Shown here: positions 1-13,900 of the stretch, in pieces
How positions within the stretch are numbered: position 1 is the stretch's first letter
Layout: every line of letters starts with the position of its first letter
From: Sphyrna mokarran
Taxonomy: Eukaryota
Length of the DNA: 64,000 nucleotides
Assembly (NCBI GenBank): GCA_024679065.1
Contig: JAGIQG010000008.1
Coordinates: forward strand, 86,242,001-86,306,000
Direction: 5' to 3'
Program-made: the position numbers and the translations under genes
Notes under the pieces: model-generated
What the model saw: the letters and a program-made list of their open reading frames with translations, nothing else
Told to the model about the DNA's origin: nothing
The model's database searches: none

Positions 1-1413
1 TAAAAAAATAGTTAATTTGTCACTTGTTTTGTTGTTTCAGTATTGTTTACTGGAAAACATTATATCCATATAACCTAAAATTTATTGTGTGAAGCACCTT
101 AACAACTGTGTTCAATCCATGAAATTCCTCCATTCCACTCCCCATCCATTGCAGATTGTCTTGTCCCCCTTTTACATAGCACTAAGTATTAACTATCTGG
201 ACATGAAACTTGGACAATTTTCCAGGGGTCACTGTTAGCTTGGTGTCAAGCCTCACACCATAAAGAAAACAGGACAATACATGCATTTCCCCAGCAACAT
301 TATTCTTTCCTGTATCAAAATTGACTTATATATCCTCCTATCAAAACCATCACAATGCTTTATAGCTGTATAGTTTTGTCAAAGTCATGCCAAGTCTTGC
401 TACATGATCCAAGTGTAACATAAAGAACTCAATCTTCTCTCCCAATTACCTATGATACCATGCTACGACTTTCCTTGTAATCACAAGCTTTCACCATTTA
501 TGCTGTCAATCGTTTATCAGTGCATTGACTAAATGTTTCTCTCTGATCATTAATAGTCAATTTATTTTATTTAATTCATCAAATATAGCTTCTTCATCTT
601 TTTCATTATTTTAACCAAGAGCAATCCTGTATACCTTTGGATTTTTCACATTTAGTCCTTCACTATCTCTTCAAACCTCAAATGGAACTTTGTCCCTCCC
701 ATCCCTTAATCTAGTCGCCAAACAATCAACCCAACAAATGACTGATTTCATGGCTTAGCAAGGGGGCGTTGAGGAATGGGGAGCTTAAAATGGGACAAGG
801 GGTCCAGAAAAGAGGCATCCTAATCCTCTTCACCAGCCAGTAAGTTTCACCAAGGCTGGACACTTGTCGCTACCCTTCCCCACGTGCTACTGAAATCAAA
901 ATAGGGTTGGAGTAGTTAGGCAGCAAGCAAGCGTGCTTGAAGTGGTGGCCACTGCTGGGACTGCAACAATATCCAAGAGAGCTCAGATGAAAACAAATCC
1001 ACAGTTTCACCTGGACCTGCCCTGAAGTTCTCCACAAAGGGAGTGTTGGGGCTTGGATGGACAGTGCATGAGGAAATGGGGGACACAGTGAGAGATTACA
1101 GAGGGCACTATGAAATTATGGTCTGTGTTTCCATTTTCCTGCCAAACATTTTCCCCTCTTAATAAAGTAGGAGAATGCAAAAAAGAACAACAACTCTAAA
1201 GAATAAGAAATATCTAAGAAATTTAAGTATTAAATAAAAGGAAGGTTTAAGGGTTACTTTATCAAGAATATTAAAAGATACAATTTCTACCAGACCAGTA
1301 TAAACTGCAGCAAAAAAAAAATTAAGAAGAGAATGCCTATCTGAAAATAAAGTTTTGTCTATCAGAAGCTTCATGTCAAAATGTATTTTCATAAATTACA
1401 TAAATGCTAGGAA

Positions 1414-1602
1414 CTGAATCTTCTGGCTCTTGCAAAAGTGGGATCTTTCAGTCCCACTGATGGTAACTCTGTGGTGGCATAAGCTGTGAGCAATACAACA
1501 TGCCATAGGTATCGGTGGGACTGGCAGATACCAGCAGCAACCAATGGCCGGTTGCCTCCACTGCCAGAAAATAGGCTATGCAATGGCTGAAAAATTTAGC
1601 CC
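1414..1602. mobile_element. Short non-autonomous DNA transposon (MITE, probably PIF/Harbinger-type)
   Basis: About 190 bp, GC-richer than flanks, ending GAAAATTTAGCCC; internal similarity to 5901-6100, 52650-52765 and 53440-53590. Confidence 0.5.
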
Positions 1603-1689
1603 TAAGTTCCTATTTTACGATGGCACATTTTTATAAATGGGTTAAATAACAATTAACCTGGTCACATTATTACCAAGATCATTCCTTAC

Positions 1690-1968
1690 CTGCCAGTTGG
1701 AAAAGAGTAGCATGTCTGAAACCCTCTGAATGATTGTATTTCATCAGATGGAGCAAGGAACCCATTTGATGAACAAAGAATCCTGGTTTTCCATAAGATT
1801 CAAAGGCATTGTATCCTAAAATCCATGCATCTTTGTGGAATATAAATGTTGCTTCTTTTTGAAAAGTTTTGTTATATTTCCATTTATCGAGGTGCAGGGC
1901 TCCATCATATCTCACCCGAAGGAAGTAATTTGGTTTGTCAGCCACTTCCAAGGAAATTAATGATGCAT
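1690..1968 (-). CDS. OTOG: OTOG exon (279 nt, phase 1-1): [18 protein letters not shown]...ATFIFHKD...[12 protein letters not shown]...[10 protein letters not shown], AbfB second part
   Basis: Acceptor TTTATCACAG, donor GTAAGG; AbfB/CBM42-type repeats SLE-xx-D-x-P-x-YFL and FES-xx-KPG-x-F. Confidence 0.94.
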
Positions 1969-4900
1969 CTGTGATAAACAAAATAAAGAGTTGCAGTTAG
2001 ATGGCAATTTGTACGAGCACTGAAAGTCACAAAGCACTTTACAATCAATTAGGTACTCTTGAAACGTAGTCGCTGTTGCAATGTAGGAAACATGGCCACC
2101 AATTTGTATACAAATGGTAATGTGATAAAAACTAAACAATTTTGATATTGGATAACCATCAAATGGGCCCAGGTCAGTGCACTGCTCAAGGTGGAGAGAG
2201 ACATGCATGGGCAGTAACCAGGCACTGCGCCCTGGAACTGCATGATGCCGTCGAAACTACCCCTTAGATTTTTTTTGATTTCTCTAATAATGCAACAAGA
2301 AAGCCACCATTGTGGCCAGCGGCTTCAATGTCATCTTTCCTGCCCATTGCCACACTCTGCATAAAAAGGGAAAATTCTGTCAGTCTGTGTCATTGACAGT
2401 GTCTGGGACAGGCTCTCTAGACAGGAGTTTCATGCTATGTGTGATGGGCAATGTGAGGGGGAGGGTTGAAGGCAGGAAGACAGTGCTAAGGCTTTTGGTG
2501 AGGGGACTTGGCAGTTGATGGGGTAGTGGATAGTGAGGAGTGGGACCTGGCATTAAGGATGGGGTCTGATAGTGAGGGGGAATGCCAATGATACTGCTGT
2601 GGTGGCTGTTGATTGTGGGGTGGGATGAGGTGAGAACCCCCAATAATTGTGCCAAAAGGTTGGGGGAGCTCCAGTTACCTTCATGGCGGGGCTTCTACAG
2701 AGGGGAGTTTCATTATAATTCTGATCAGGGTATCCTTTTAAAATGGTGCCTGATATCTGTGGAGCCAGCCTTGCAGTGCCAACCTTCCCATGGCACTGCC
2801 GTGACATGTCCCTCTCCTTGCAATGGCTAGAAAATCCAGAAGGGCTCTTATTGCCTTGGTGTCCCCAGCAGGATACCCTCAACTGCTATAGCTGTGTCTA
2901 ATAGTGTTAATTATCTGACCTCAGTTAAATGTGTGCATTTACTTTACTTCAGATACGTTTTGAATCCATTTCTAACCACCTGAGAAAAAATTGCATCTGT
3001 TTCAGGAAATGTACCCTATTTTGTAGATGAACCATTCAGGTAAGAAAATCTCAAGTTTATTCCTCACTGATTCTATCCTTGTTGAGCACAGCTGAGTTGA
3101 CATTCAATGGATGATATAACTGGCACCAGTGATTTGAACTAGGCAAGGAATGAAAATTATCAGTCTGGTTCTTGCTTGCTTGATAATCTTGTGTGTAAGA
3201 ATGGATACCTGGGTAAGTTATTGGTAGGTGTCTGGTCCTAGTGATGAGACCAAAAATAGCCATACATTAACAGTTTCATTTCAAGAGGAACCAAGAAAGA
3301 GAAACAAATGTATTGAACATGGCCACAAAGGGAGTATATAACTCTACACAAGTAAAACTTTATATTCACATATCTATACCAAACCTGTACAGATATACAG
3401 TTCTTAAAAATTGTACTTCCAAAGGTATATTCTCAAGTTGTGCATCTAAGATTATTCTAATGATTTCATAAGCATTTACCCCCAAATCTGTACACTGACA
3501 TCTATTCTTTAGAGTAAAACATGAAGACACTACCTAGAATTGACTTCAACCAGCAATAGGAAAATGGTGATAAAAAGCCAAAACAGACCTTTGTTTTTGA
3601 GGTTTATTATAGTGCTGTACCATTATAGCTCTTTTATCTTTCAGCTTTTTATTTTTAGTAGCTATAGCAGGAAACTCAAAAGCAGAGGAGGATGACAGAA
3701 AATGAAGAATAACTTTATTACACAGTTGGTACTTTGACATATGCTTAACATTTGCATTTCTATCACAAGGGTTAGAATATGATCAGATGATGCTGGGGTA
3801 CAAAGCATAGCTGTTACAATATTGCTTTCTGGCAAATATACAGTGTTTAATGCCGAACACTTGCCAAGTTAATTGGACTTAGATTTACTTACCATATGGC
3901 TTAGGTGAGAATAGCCCTGGAGTCAGCATAAAAAGTGTCAATATTCCTGGTATAGAAATTTCTCTTGTAGCTGGAAAAACAGCCCCACTTGACAAATTGG
4001 CTGCCACCACTGTATTGCCATCCAAGTAACTGACCAATGAGTAAGGGCCTTTTCCCAGCACTGCAGGAAGAAAAATAGATTCAGTTTCATTTAGAAAATT
4101 AGTGTATTGTAAATGTGAACTTCAACTGTACCTGCAGTAAGGTACTTCTTTGCTGACTTGGCATCATTCATTTTAATGTTGTAAGTTAAAAATAACCGGG
4201 ATACACAAGAGAGAGTGGGACCACAGAACTCCAACACTACCTCTTGCCACTGAGAAACAAGCGTCTGGGAAGCCAAAGAATTCCCCCAGATGCGATTGTT
4301 CATTTTTTTTCCTGACCTCTGGTTATTATTCCCCTTTAAATACTTGGCTTCTCTAAAGAATCAGATCTAATTGACTTCTTATTCTTGACATTTTTCTGTC
4401 CCTAATTTTTCTGTAAATAATGGAATCTTTTATTTGCCAAGCCTTTTTGTGTTACTCTTTGATGGTTTGTTAATAAAACTTCCCATGTTGGCTACATTCA
4501 AACTAAATAAAAGTGGAATGTCTATCATTTGAATAAAATGGATGTTATGCCATGAGGAGCATCTAATGTAATTTAATATACTTCTAAAATGGGCTGGAAG
4601 TGGATCAAGAACAAGATGTCACATTTATTCTCTATAATTGCATGAACCAAAGTTTGAAAAGAATATCCTTTTTAAATTAATTTACGGAATATGGGCTTCA
4701 TTGACATGGCTAGCATTTGTTGCCCATCCCTAACTGTCTTTGAGCAGGCAGTGGTGAACTGCTTTCTTGAACCATTTGAGGTAGGTACACCCACAGTGCC
4801 GTTAATAGAAGGAATTCCAGGATTTTGACCCAGCAACAGTGAAGGAATGGCAAATATGTATCCAAGTCAGCATAGTGAATGACTTAGAGGAGGACCTCCA

Positions 4901-7900
4901 GTGGTGTTTCCAGGTACCTGCTGCCTTGTCCTTTAAGGCAGTTGTGGTTGTGGCTTTGGAAGGTGTTGCCTAAGGAACCTAGGTGAGTTCCTCCCATCTT
5001 ATAGATGGTATACACATCTAAGCAAATACGTGTACACAGTGCAGCACTACATCAGGTCAGAAAAGTTATAAATCAAAACTATCTGCATTTACTCAACAAT
5101 TTATGAAGTGTTTATAAGTGCTCAATGTTCCTGTTGTACTTTTGAGTATTTTATATAATTTATGTAAAGTGTTCAGACATCAGTTTGTTTTTAAATAAAT
5201 TTTCACATAATGAGGTTGTATCCAACACTGATGTTCAAATCTCCTGTACAGAAAACACTTAGCCCCCTCTAGGGGCTCACTTTTGTTGATAATCAAGCAG
5301 CTTCTCTTTATCTAGGCATTAGAGTTCTGACAAACAGGCATTAATTTTTTTGTTTCATTTAGCTGTCTTAAATTCATGCATACACATAATGAGCAGTTCA
5401 TCCACTGTTTGGTGCAAAACAATTGGGTTTGTTTTTTTCTGTGTGTGAAGAACAATCCTCCAACTGAACTGACCACCCAGTTAAGTAGTTTATCTGTAAT
5501 TTTACAGCTGGAGGAATGCAAAGCATATCCTTATTTGTTGCAAAGCAAACTCTGAAATTTTAGGCAGAGATTGTATCGTTGTGAAATGAGTCCATTACAT
5601 GTTAGTATGTTCCTCAAATATGTTCATGTTACATATCTTTCTACTGGCATTGTAAATCAAAGGCACACAACAGGTTGAGAAGACTTCACAAATTTTAACA
5701 TCAAATTTTGGCAAAGATCAGTTATTTATGAAGCTTGCAGATGCCATAATTAAATTTTAACCACTTTACTGCATCCAAGGAATCGATAATATAAATACAA
5801 GAACAAAATACTGCTGATGCCAGAATTTCAAAATATAAACAGAAATTGCTGAAAATACTCAGAAGTTCTTTCAGCACTTGTGGAGCAAGAAAGTTCTCCA
5901 GTTGGAATTCTCTGGCTGTTCATGCTAGCAAGATTGTTTGGTCCCATTGGCAGCGCAATCCCTGCCGTGGGTTTCTTGATGACATGGGATGGTTTTAAAT
6001 GAGAATTCCCATTGACATTGGCAGGACCAGAGGATTCTGCCATCAGCAAACTGCATTTCCTTCTGCTATCGAGGAAAAGCTAATGTAGAGAATTTTGCCC
6101 ATCATTAGAATCGGGAAAAATATAACAGAATTTGAGTGTGTGAACTGTGGGGGACAGAGGAGAGTCAGAAGAAAAACAGAACTGAAGGAAGAGTGCAGTG
6201 CAGGAGAGATTAAAAGGTTTCAATGTGCAATACCAAAGAGGACAGTAATACGGGAAGTAGAGAAACAAGTGATGTGTCTGGAGAAGGTGTAAATGGCAGA
6301 AGCCTGAATAACCAAAAGCAAGGTTAAGGTAATAAGAGAAAAATGAAAGAACAAACCAAATCAGCAAACAGAAAGAAAACAAAATGGGTTAGGTTGATTG
6401 GCCACGTTAATAAAATTGCCCCTTAGTGTACTTAGATGCATAGGTTAGAGGGATTAGTGGGTAAAATATATAAGGGATATGGGGGTAGGGCCTGGTCGGT
6501 GTGATTGTGGTCAATGCAGACTCGATAGGCCGAATGGCCTTTTTCTGTACTGTAGGATTTCTATGATTGCTGTGATTCTACATCTTCCCCTTTCTTTTCA
6601 GGATTGGGAAGGAACCATTTCCTTCATTATACCTTGGTTCCCACCTCAATCAACACGAACATCCTTCCCTCCCACAATACAGAACGGGCTACACCTGCCT
6701 TCTGGCTCTTCCCTTCTTACCATCTAAAGTCACAAACAGTCCTTCCAGTTGAAATAGTAACTTAGTTATACTTCTTTCCTTTTAGTATACATTTTAGCAT
6801 ATATTTTAGTATACAATTTGGTACACATTTTAATTTACTGTATCCACTGCTCATAATCTGTTCTTCTCTACTTTCAAACACAATTCTTTAAAATTTATTA
6901 ATAACTGTTTGTCCATCAGTATATTCTATCCCTACAACTTGAACAGTAACTGTCGGAAATGCAGGAAGTGCATTTAATCAAAATGTTGAAAAAAACTTGC
7001 ACATAACTGTTACCATCATAAAACTGAATCTTACCTTTGTTGTAATATTCACAATCATAAGCTGAAAGAAAGGAAAAGAGCAAATGACTAATGCTGAACA
7101 ATTGCCATATAGTGTAGCCCAATTTCTAACAGCTGAATGTAATATTTCTAAATTCATAGTCCTTGCAACCAAATGAACTCACCCAGGCAAACAAGGGGTA
7201 TCACAGTGGTGATGCTAAGGGCTGCCATTCAGTTAAAGGCAGTTAAAGCCTGCCTCTACAAAATTCCAGCCTACCCAAAGGGCGGGTAGTTCTGTAGTCT
7301 TGGCAATTCCACCATTAAAGATAAACATTGTGGAGACTACAAGGAGAGGAAAGAGTTCCTAAGACCAAGCAGATAAACCTTCCAGTAACAGATGCAGAGA
7401 TGGTCACCGCTGCTGGCAGTCCCTCTCCTTGGGCCTAAGGCCTCAGAAAAGAAGAATACCCTCTTCCTCCACCACCTGCCACCAGGGAAGCTGTGACAAA
7501 TTTGTCTTGATGTAACGGGGGGGAACTTCATGCAGCAGCGGGACATTCCGTTGCTGGTAAAATGCTAAAATGCTAACAGTGTAATAAAATGGCAATATAA
7601 TAAATATAGATTAGTAACTATAATTGGCTACTATCTTTCAATAATTTGAGTTGCTGCCGTTCCTGCCTTCAGTAAAATCCCATTGTGTCAGGGTCATATC
7701 AGGACCCCTCATGATACCTTACATTATCATTTCACCACCTCTCCCACTTCATCTTCAAAGGGCTGATAAAACTCTAACTTATATATCCTTAAGAATTTCT
7801 GTGGAAGGTGTAGAAAACAAGTCCCACTTTCTCATTACTCCTCCAAAGAGCCTCACAATCAAAAGCAACATACTATAAAAGCAAATGGAAATGGGCAAAA

Positions 7901-10900
7901 ACATTCATAGGCTCCATGTCAGCACTTTTATGACTCAAGGGGCAAGGAATTTGGAAGATGTAAATCCCTGCTTGAGCACTGGAGTGGCGAGGGGGAAAAC
8001 TGTCCTCCTGTAGTTACTATACTTACGGCAGATTGTAGGGGTTCTCCAATCAATTGCAATTCCATGTTGACAGCACGCATGAGCATATGCTAATACGCTG
8101 GTACAGAAACACTCACAGTCTCCACCACGATTACAGGCACATGTATCTGATAAGCAGTTGGAATAAAACCAAGTGACATCAACCTGAATGATTGAAAAGA
8201 AACACATACTAAAACACAAAAAGATTGGGTGCGTTACAAAATAGATTATTAAACAAAACTGGGAGAGTCAATTAATACAACAATATCTCCTTTGCCAACC
8301 AGTTCAGGTTTTGGCTGTGCCACTATTAACTGGTTACGGTTTCCATGTATCGGCAAAACTGTTTTCCAAAACCAACAGAGTTGTCATTGTTATGTTTTAA
8401 AGATACAAGACTGTGACAATATACATTGACAATAATAACAAGTTTACTTTTATAGTTAGCCTGTTAGCCAACTGACATAAACCTTATAGTGTTGACCCTC
8501 CAGCCATTTGGATCAGCAAGCTGATATTGCCCATTGTTCTTCAGGTATTATCCATTTCCTATTCACAAACTCCCTTCTACACTCTCCTGGAAAAACCCAC
8601 CTTTGGATTTTTCCAATCTTGTTGAAAACTATATGAAAATCTTCATCTTCTCTCAGATCCACTGAATAGGGTGTCACCTACCACTTTCATGGCCATCTGT
8701 TCTGAAGTTCTATGTTTGAATCACCAAAAGGCCTCACCCTGCCACTGTTGGTGTTCAACCAGTGTCCTGTGGGGGAGTCAATGGCCGTGATTCTCCATCC
8801 CACTGTGCTAATGTTTTAGTGCAGTGGGCTGGGAGAGTCTTGTGTCAGCCGATTCATGGGTCCGTGCGCATGTTCACTCTCTGTCTCCCAGTGCCAGATT
8901 TCTGGCAGTGTCAGATCAACTGGAAATCAGCAAGGAGGCGCAAAGACCATTTAAATGGTCACTTGCATATAATTTAAATGTGGTTAGCACACCTGGGATT
9001 GAAGTCTCTGGATTCACTAGCATCTCTCCACAGCCTCCTCCCAGCCAGACTGGTTCAGCCCTGCAGGATTTAGAGTAGCTCCCCACTAACAGGAAACTAG
9101 CAGCCCAATCCCACTGGAGTGAAGAGGGTCAATCAGGGCTCACCAGAGAATCAGGCGGCGGGGAGTGCCCCTTAAATTTGGCACCTTGACAGTGCCAGTC
9201 TATAGCCCCTGGCACTGCCCAAGGGACACATGTTAATGTCCAGCGGCAGCTTGACACTGCCTGGCAGGCATAGAGCAGTACCAAAGGGGGACATGTAAGG
9301 GGTGGGCCTAGGGGGCGACTGGTCAGGGAGAAGGTCCCACTGACACCTGTATAGGGATTGGTGGGGGAAGGAAGGAGGGCAGCAATCGGTGCAGGCTGGG
9401 GAAATGGGTGTCAGGACTGTGGGGGTGGGGAACTGTGGGGTTGGCTGAAGGGTGGGGCAGGCCGAGCAGGAGGTGCAGGGTCGGTCCAGAAATAATTGGG
9501 GGACAGCGAGGGGGCAGAAAGCCGACGTTGTGGGAGTCACAGGACTGGCCAACAATTGAGCTGGCCAGCAATCAGGAGGCCATCAATGCAGGGCCACTGT
9601 GCATTCACCAACCTGGGCACTGTCAGATCGGTGCACGTGCAATAACCTGCTCAATGCACTGATTTCAGCTTCTTCAGCAAGAATAGTGGGAATAGCGGCA
9701 ATGCCCTACTTCTTCATGATATTCATGCTGGAGGTCTCTGCAGTGCACAGTGTGCAAGATTCTTCTCTGAACTGCTATTGGGAAAAAAAGGCCTGAAATT
9801 ACTCTAGTTTTCAAGCAAATTCAACACTTGGAAATTTTTTGGGAGAATCCCACGCAACATGTGGAGTGCCTGAAAAGAAAATGTTGCCAGGTTTGCTTGT
9901 GGGCTTCCTGGAAGTCCCTTGAACAAAGATGCAAACATTTTATACCAGTAGGTGTTCCCCAGCAGAGGTGATTTGTGGATCCCATCAGTTTTCCAGCCCT
10001 CTGTCACAAACATTAAGTTTGTCCATCATTTCCAGACTGAAAATCCCAATTATCTCCATCCTTCAGTCTTTGCCCTGAACTCTGCCCTCTAACAATGGGC
10101 CAAGATTTTTCCTGGGGTTTGGTGGGGGTGGGGGGGGGGGGGGTGGAAATCGGTAGTGGTGGGGGGCATGCACAGATTCATGAAATTTTCCAGCTTGTAG
10201 CACTTGCCTCAGGAAAAAATGTCCTGGCTGACAGAATCCTCAATCAACAATGGAATCGTCTTCCTGGCATGGGTGGAGGGGATGGTGTATGCAGGTTAGA
10301 CCCCCCCCCAATTTAGATGCAGATGCAGCTACAGGGGGGTCCCGAATGCTGAGATGGATTGGTTAAAGTCCTGCCTTGCTTCTCTGATATTTCATTCCAA
10401 AAGCCTGTCCCCCACTTCACACACCACTCAATCCTCACCCACTCCTCATGCCCGTCCATTACTAAATCATGCCAATCATGTCTCTATACCTGTCCCCAGT
10501 GGTGTTTCATACCTTCCATGTTAACCCATACCCCCATTCATCCCTATGATTCCCGATATTCCATATGTCAATTCATTCTGCCCCACCTCCCATCCTTTGC
10601 CTTTATATCCTTCATGCCAACTCATCCAGTATCTACCTGGGCAGACCTCCAATAGAGTGATCTGAATAAGACAAGGCCTGACTAAAACATTGTAAAGTTT
10701 AATCACAATTTCCTCAGTTTTGGGCATGTAGTCAATCTTTATTGCTTTGTATTGAATGGAAGACCCCTCGTGTATTGTGTTTAATTTTAGGAGGATCAAT
10801 GGAAGTGAGCTGTCAGCCCAAAATTACAAAATAAATCAATAAACCATAAGTTGAACATTTGATCAGTTTGCATTGAGTTTCAGATTGCAGGCACACTACT

Positions 10901-13900
10901 AAAGAAAAGGAGCTAAACATCAGCTGACCTTTCCTGACTCCCAGGAGGCAGCATGAAACATGGGAACCATTTCTAATGATTCCTGAGTATCCAACATCAA
11001 CATAAAAATTCATTTTGTCAGGTATCATTGAGTAGCTGGCAAACACATCAAAAGAAAGCTGAATTGTCCAAAATAACTAAAGAAATAGGACAATCCTATT
11101 CTGTCGGTGCTGTTACATCAATTTATTAAGGATTCCTTGTTATTTTTCACTACTTTCTTGGAATAAAAAGATTTGGGACAAGTACAGTATTTAGGACAGT
11201 ATAACGTAGCAACAGTAGAAATGGGACAATTACATCAATAAAGTAAAAAACCTATTTGCTCTATGCACACTATCATTACACAAGATGTGTGACCACAGCT
11301 GGTGCTGTTGGTAACAAGAGAAAAAGCTTTAATCAACACTCACCACTGGGTGGCAGAGCTCAAAAACGTCAGACAATAATATTCCACATTCCTTCTTAGC
11401 GAACGGCTCCCGGAGTGGGTTCATGCTGCAAGGATTACGGATGTCAGGGCTGTTCGTACACTGGAAAAAAATCAAGTAACTGTTATGAGAGTTTACTAAT
11501 AAGGCAAACAGGAAGTATTTGCTACTCTTTTTTCAGACTGAAATCAAACAGTGCACTGCTGAACTAAACCATTAAAATTTCAAAAGGTATGAAAGAAACT
11601 CAGATTATAGATATGCTACATCCTACTCTAACTCACTCAATACGGCATAAAGAAAGTGATAGCGACCTCAAATTGCACTGCTGATATAATTTACTGTGTT
11701 ATTTACACTTTCAATCTACCAATGACTATTTTGTCCAGGGAGTTAAAAGAACTTAGATAGTCTCCCACTCTTTTCTACTATTCACTCCTGTTTCCAACAG
11801 ACACGATTTGTAAATTGTGATCCCGTAACAAAGATGGATTTGAGTGATTTTCAAGCAAAATTACTGGCTACCAGGAGGCAGGAAATGGACCATTTAAAAG
11901 TATATGATCTCTCAATCTTTGGATCAATGGATCTATATGAATGCGAGCATGCCTTGACTCAGACAGTAATTTTAATCAAACCCACCTATCTGTACCCCAT
12001 TAGCTTTCATTCTCCATGGGGTAGATGAGGGTAGGTTGGGAAGGGAACACTCCTGCCTGGTGATTGTCACGCAATGTCTGTTCATCCATTGTCATAATGT
12101 CTGCATGGCCTTGTCAATGTAGCATGCCTCAGGACATTCTTTCCTTGTCAGGAAACACTTCAGTAGTCCAGGTCATTCAGCCTCTGATCTTCAGGTAAGT
12201 TCTCCAAGGCGGCCTTCAGATCACAGAGCAGAAACTAACCGCAAGTTGCGCATGCATGAGGATGGCCTCAACTAGGATGTTAGGTTCATGTCACACTACA
12301 TATAATCCCCACCAGTTTACCTGGGCTTGCAAAATCCTACTAATTGTCCTGGTTTGAGATAATTCACACCTCTTTAACCTCTGATTATCCGTCTCTGTAC
12401 CTATAAAGACTCACATTCCAACCATAATCTTGCAATTGCATATCTGTCCATATATGCCATGTTTGTGAACCCAACTCTCCATTCACCTGAGGAAGGAGTA
12501 TCACTCCAATTGCAAATAAACATGTTGGACTTTAATCTGGTGTTGTGAGACTACTTACCAGTATTTGAAGAGTCTGCCTTTCAGGAGAGAGAATGTGATT
12601 GATCTGTACAGTTTGCTGTAGCAAGACGTTCAAGCTATGAGGTCTCAGTGGGTGCACATTCGCTCAGTTGGCTGGACAACTATTTCATGCTGCAGAGCGA
12701 TGCCAACAAAGTGTGTTTAATTCCCATAACGACTGAGGTTATTCATGAAGGCCCACCTTCTCAACCTTGCCTGAGGTGTGGTGATTCTCAAGTTAAATCA
12801 GCAGCAGTCAGCCCTCCTTCTCAAAAGGGTCATCTGGGACTTTGGTGACTTTACTTACTCGGAGATGGATATATCTTGCCAACTTTAATAGATGACATAT
12901 AAAGTGCATGAAAAGGCATGTAAATTCACATCCTCTCCCATGGACAATAGGACCAGGTTGTCTGCTACTTAGCCAATATTGCTTTCCTTAAGGTGTATGG
13001 AATAGTCTACTGCATGTGTGCAGATCAAAGAACTTATCCATAAACTGAAAGGGGTTACCTTCCCTTCAAGCAGTGTGTTCAAGATCCCTTCAAGTGATCA
13101 TATCATCTGCACAGACCTGTGCACACTTCCTGGTAATGCCATAATTTTCCATTAAAGCATTTTTTGATTAGGAGCACCCAGTGCATAGATACCTGCTTGG
13201 GGCAAAGGGACATCCTCTCAGTAGCTGGTTACTGAAGTCTTTAAGTAACTCTTAGTCATCAGCACAACTGGTGAAACAAAACTATCACTGAACAAGTCAT
13301 TGTGTTGTAAAGCAATTTTTTCCAGTACTTGAACATGTCTCTGGGGCAGCTTCACTATCGCACCCATTGTGTCCCAAACGGCAATGGCCTGCTTTAAAAT
13401 ACAGACCAGCTATTGCAGCAGCTCAACAACATCTAATATGTTCTGATCCTCAAGCTCTTGGGGATGGCACATCAAAGATAAAGTATTTAGTGGCAAGAGC
13501 CATTTGGAATAACTTCATGGTCTAGCACATTAATTCTTCTCCCACCTCATCAGCATTTCTCACATAAATAGTTCTTCAAAGATTCTTCACCAGTTATTCC
13601 ACCCTCCAATGATGAACTTCCAATCTAGTTCAGCAACTACTAGTCTATCCACAATTTTAGATTTTCAAAAGATCTATTTTCTTCATGGATTCAAGAACTG
13701 TTGAGTGTTCAACAAGAGTCCATTTGACTAATCCATGAGTTACTGTCAATCAAGTAGTCTGAATCTATAAAGGTAGCTACAGGAGTAAAGGAAGTTGTGG
13801 GGAAGTAAATCTGAATATCATCAGCATAAAAAAGGAACTGACCTCTTGCCTATATGGATGAGAAAAAGTAGGAGGTTGAATACATACACTTAGGTGCATA

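Noticed and set aside
1679-1981. Stand-alone 100-aa AbfB-like ORF suggesting a horizontally acquired gene
   Set aside because: It is a spliced OTOG exon; the ORF's first and last residues are intronic.
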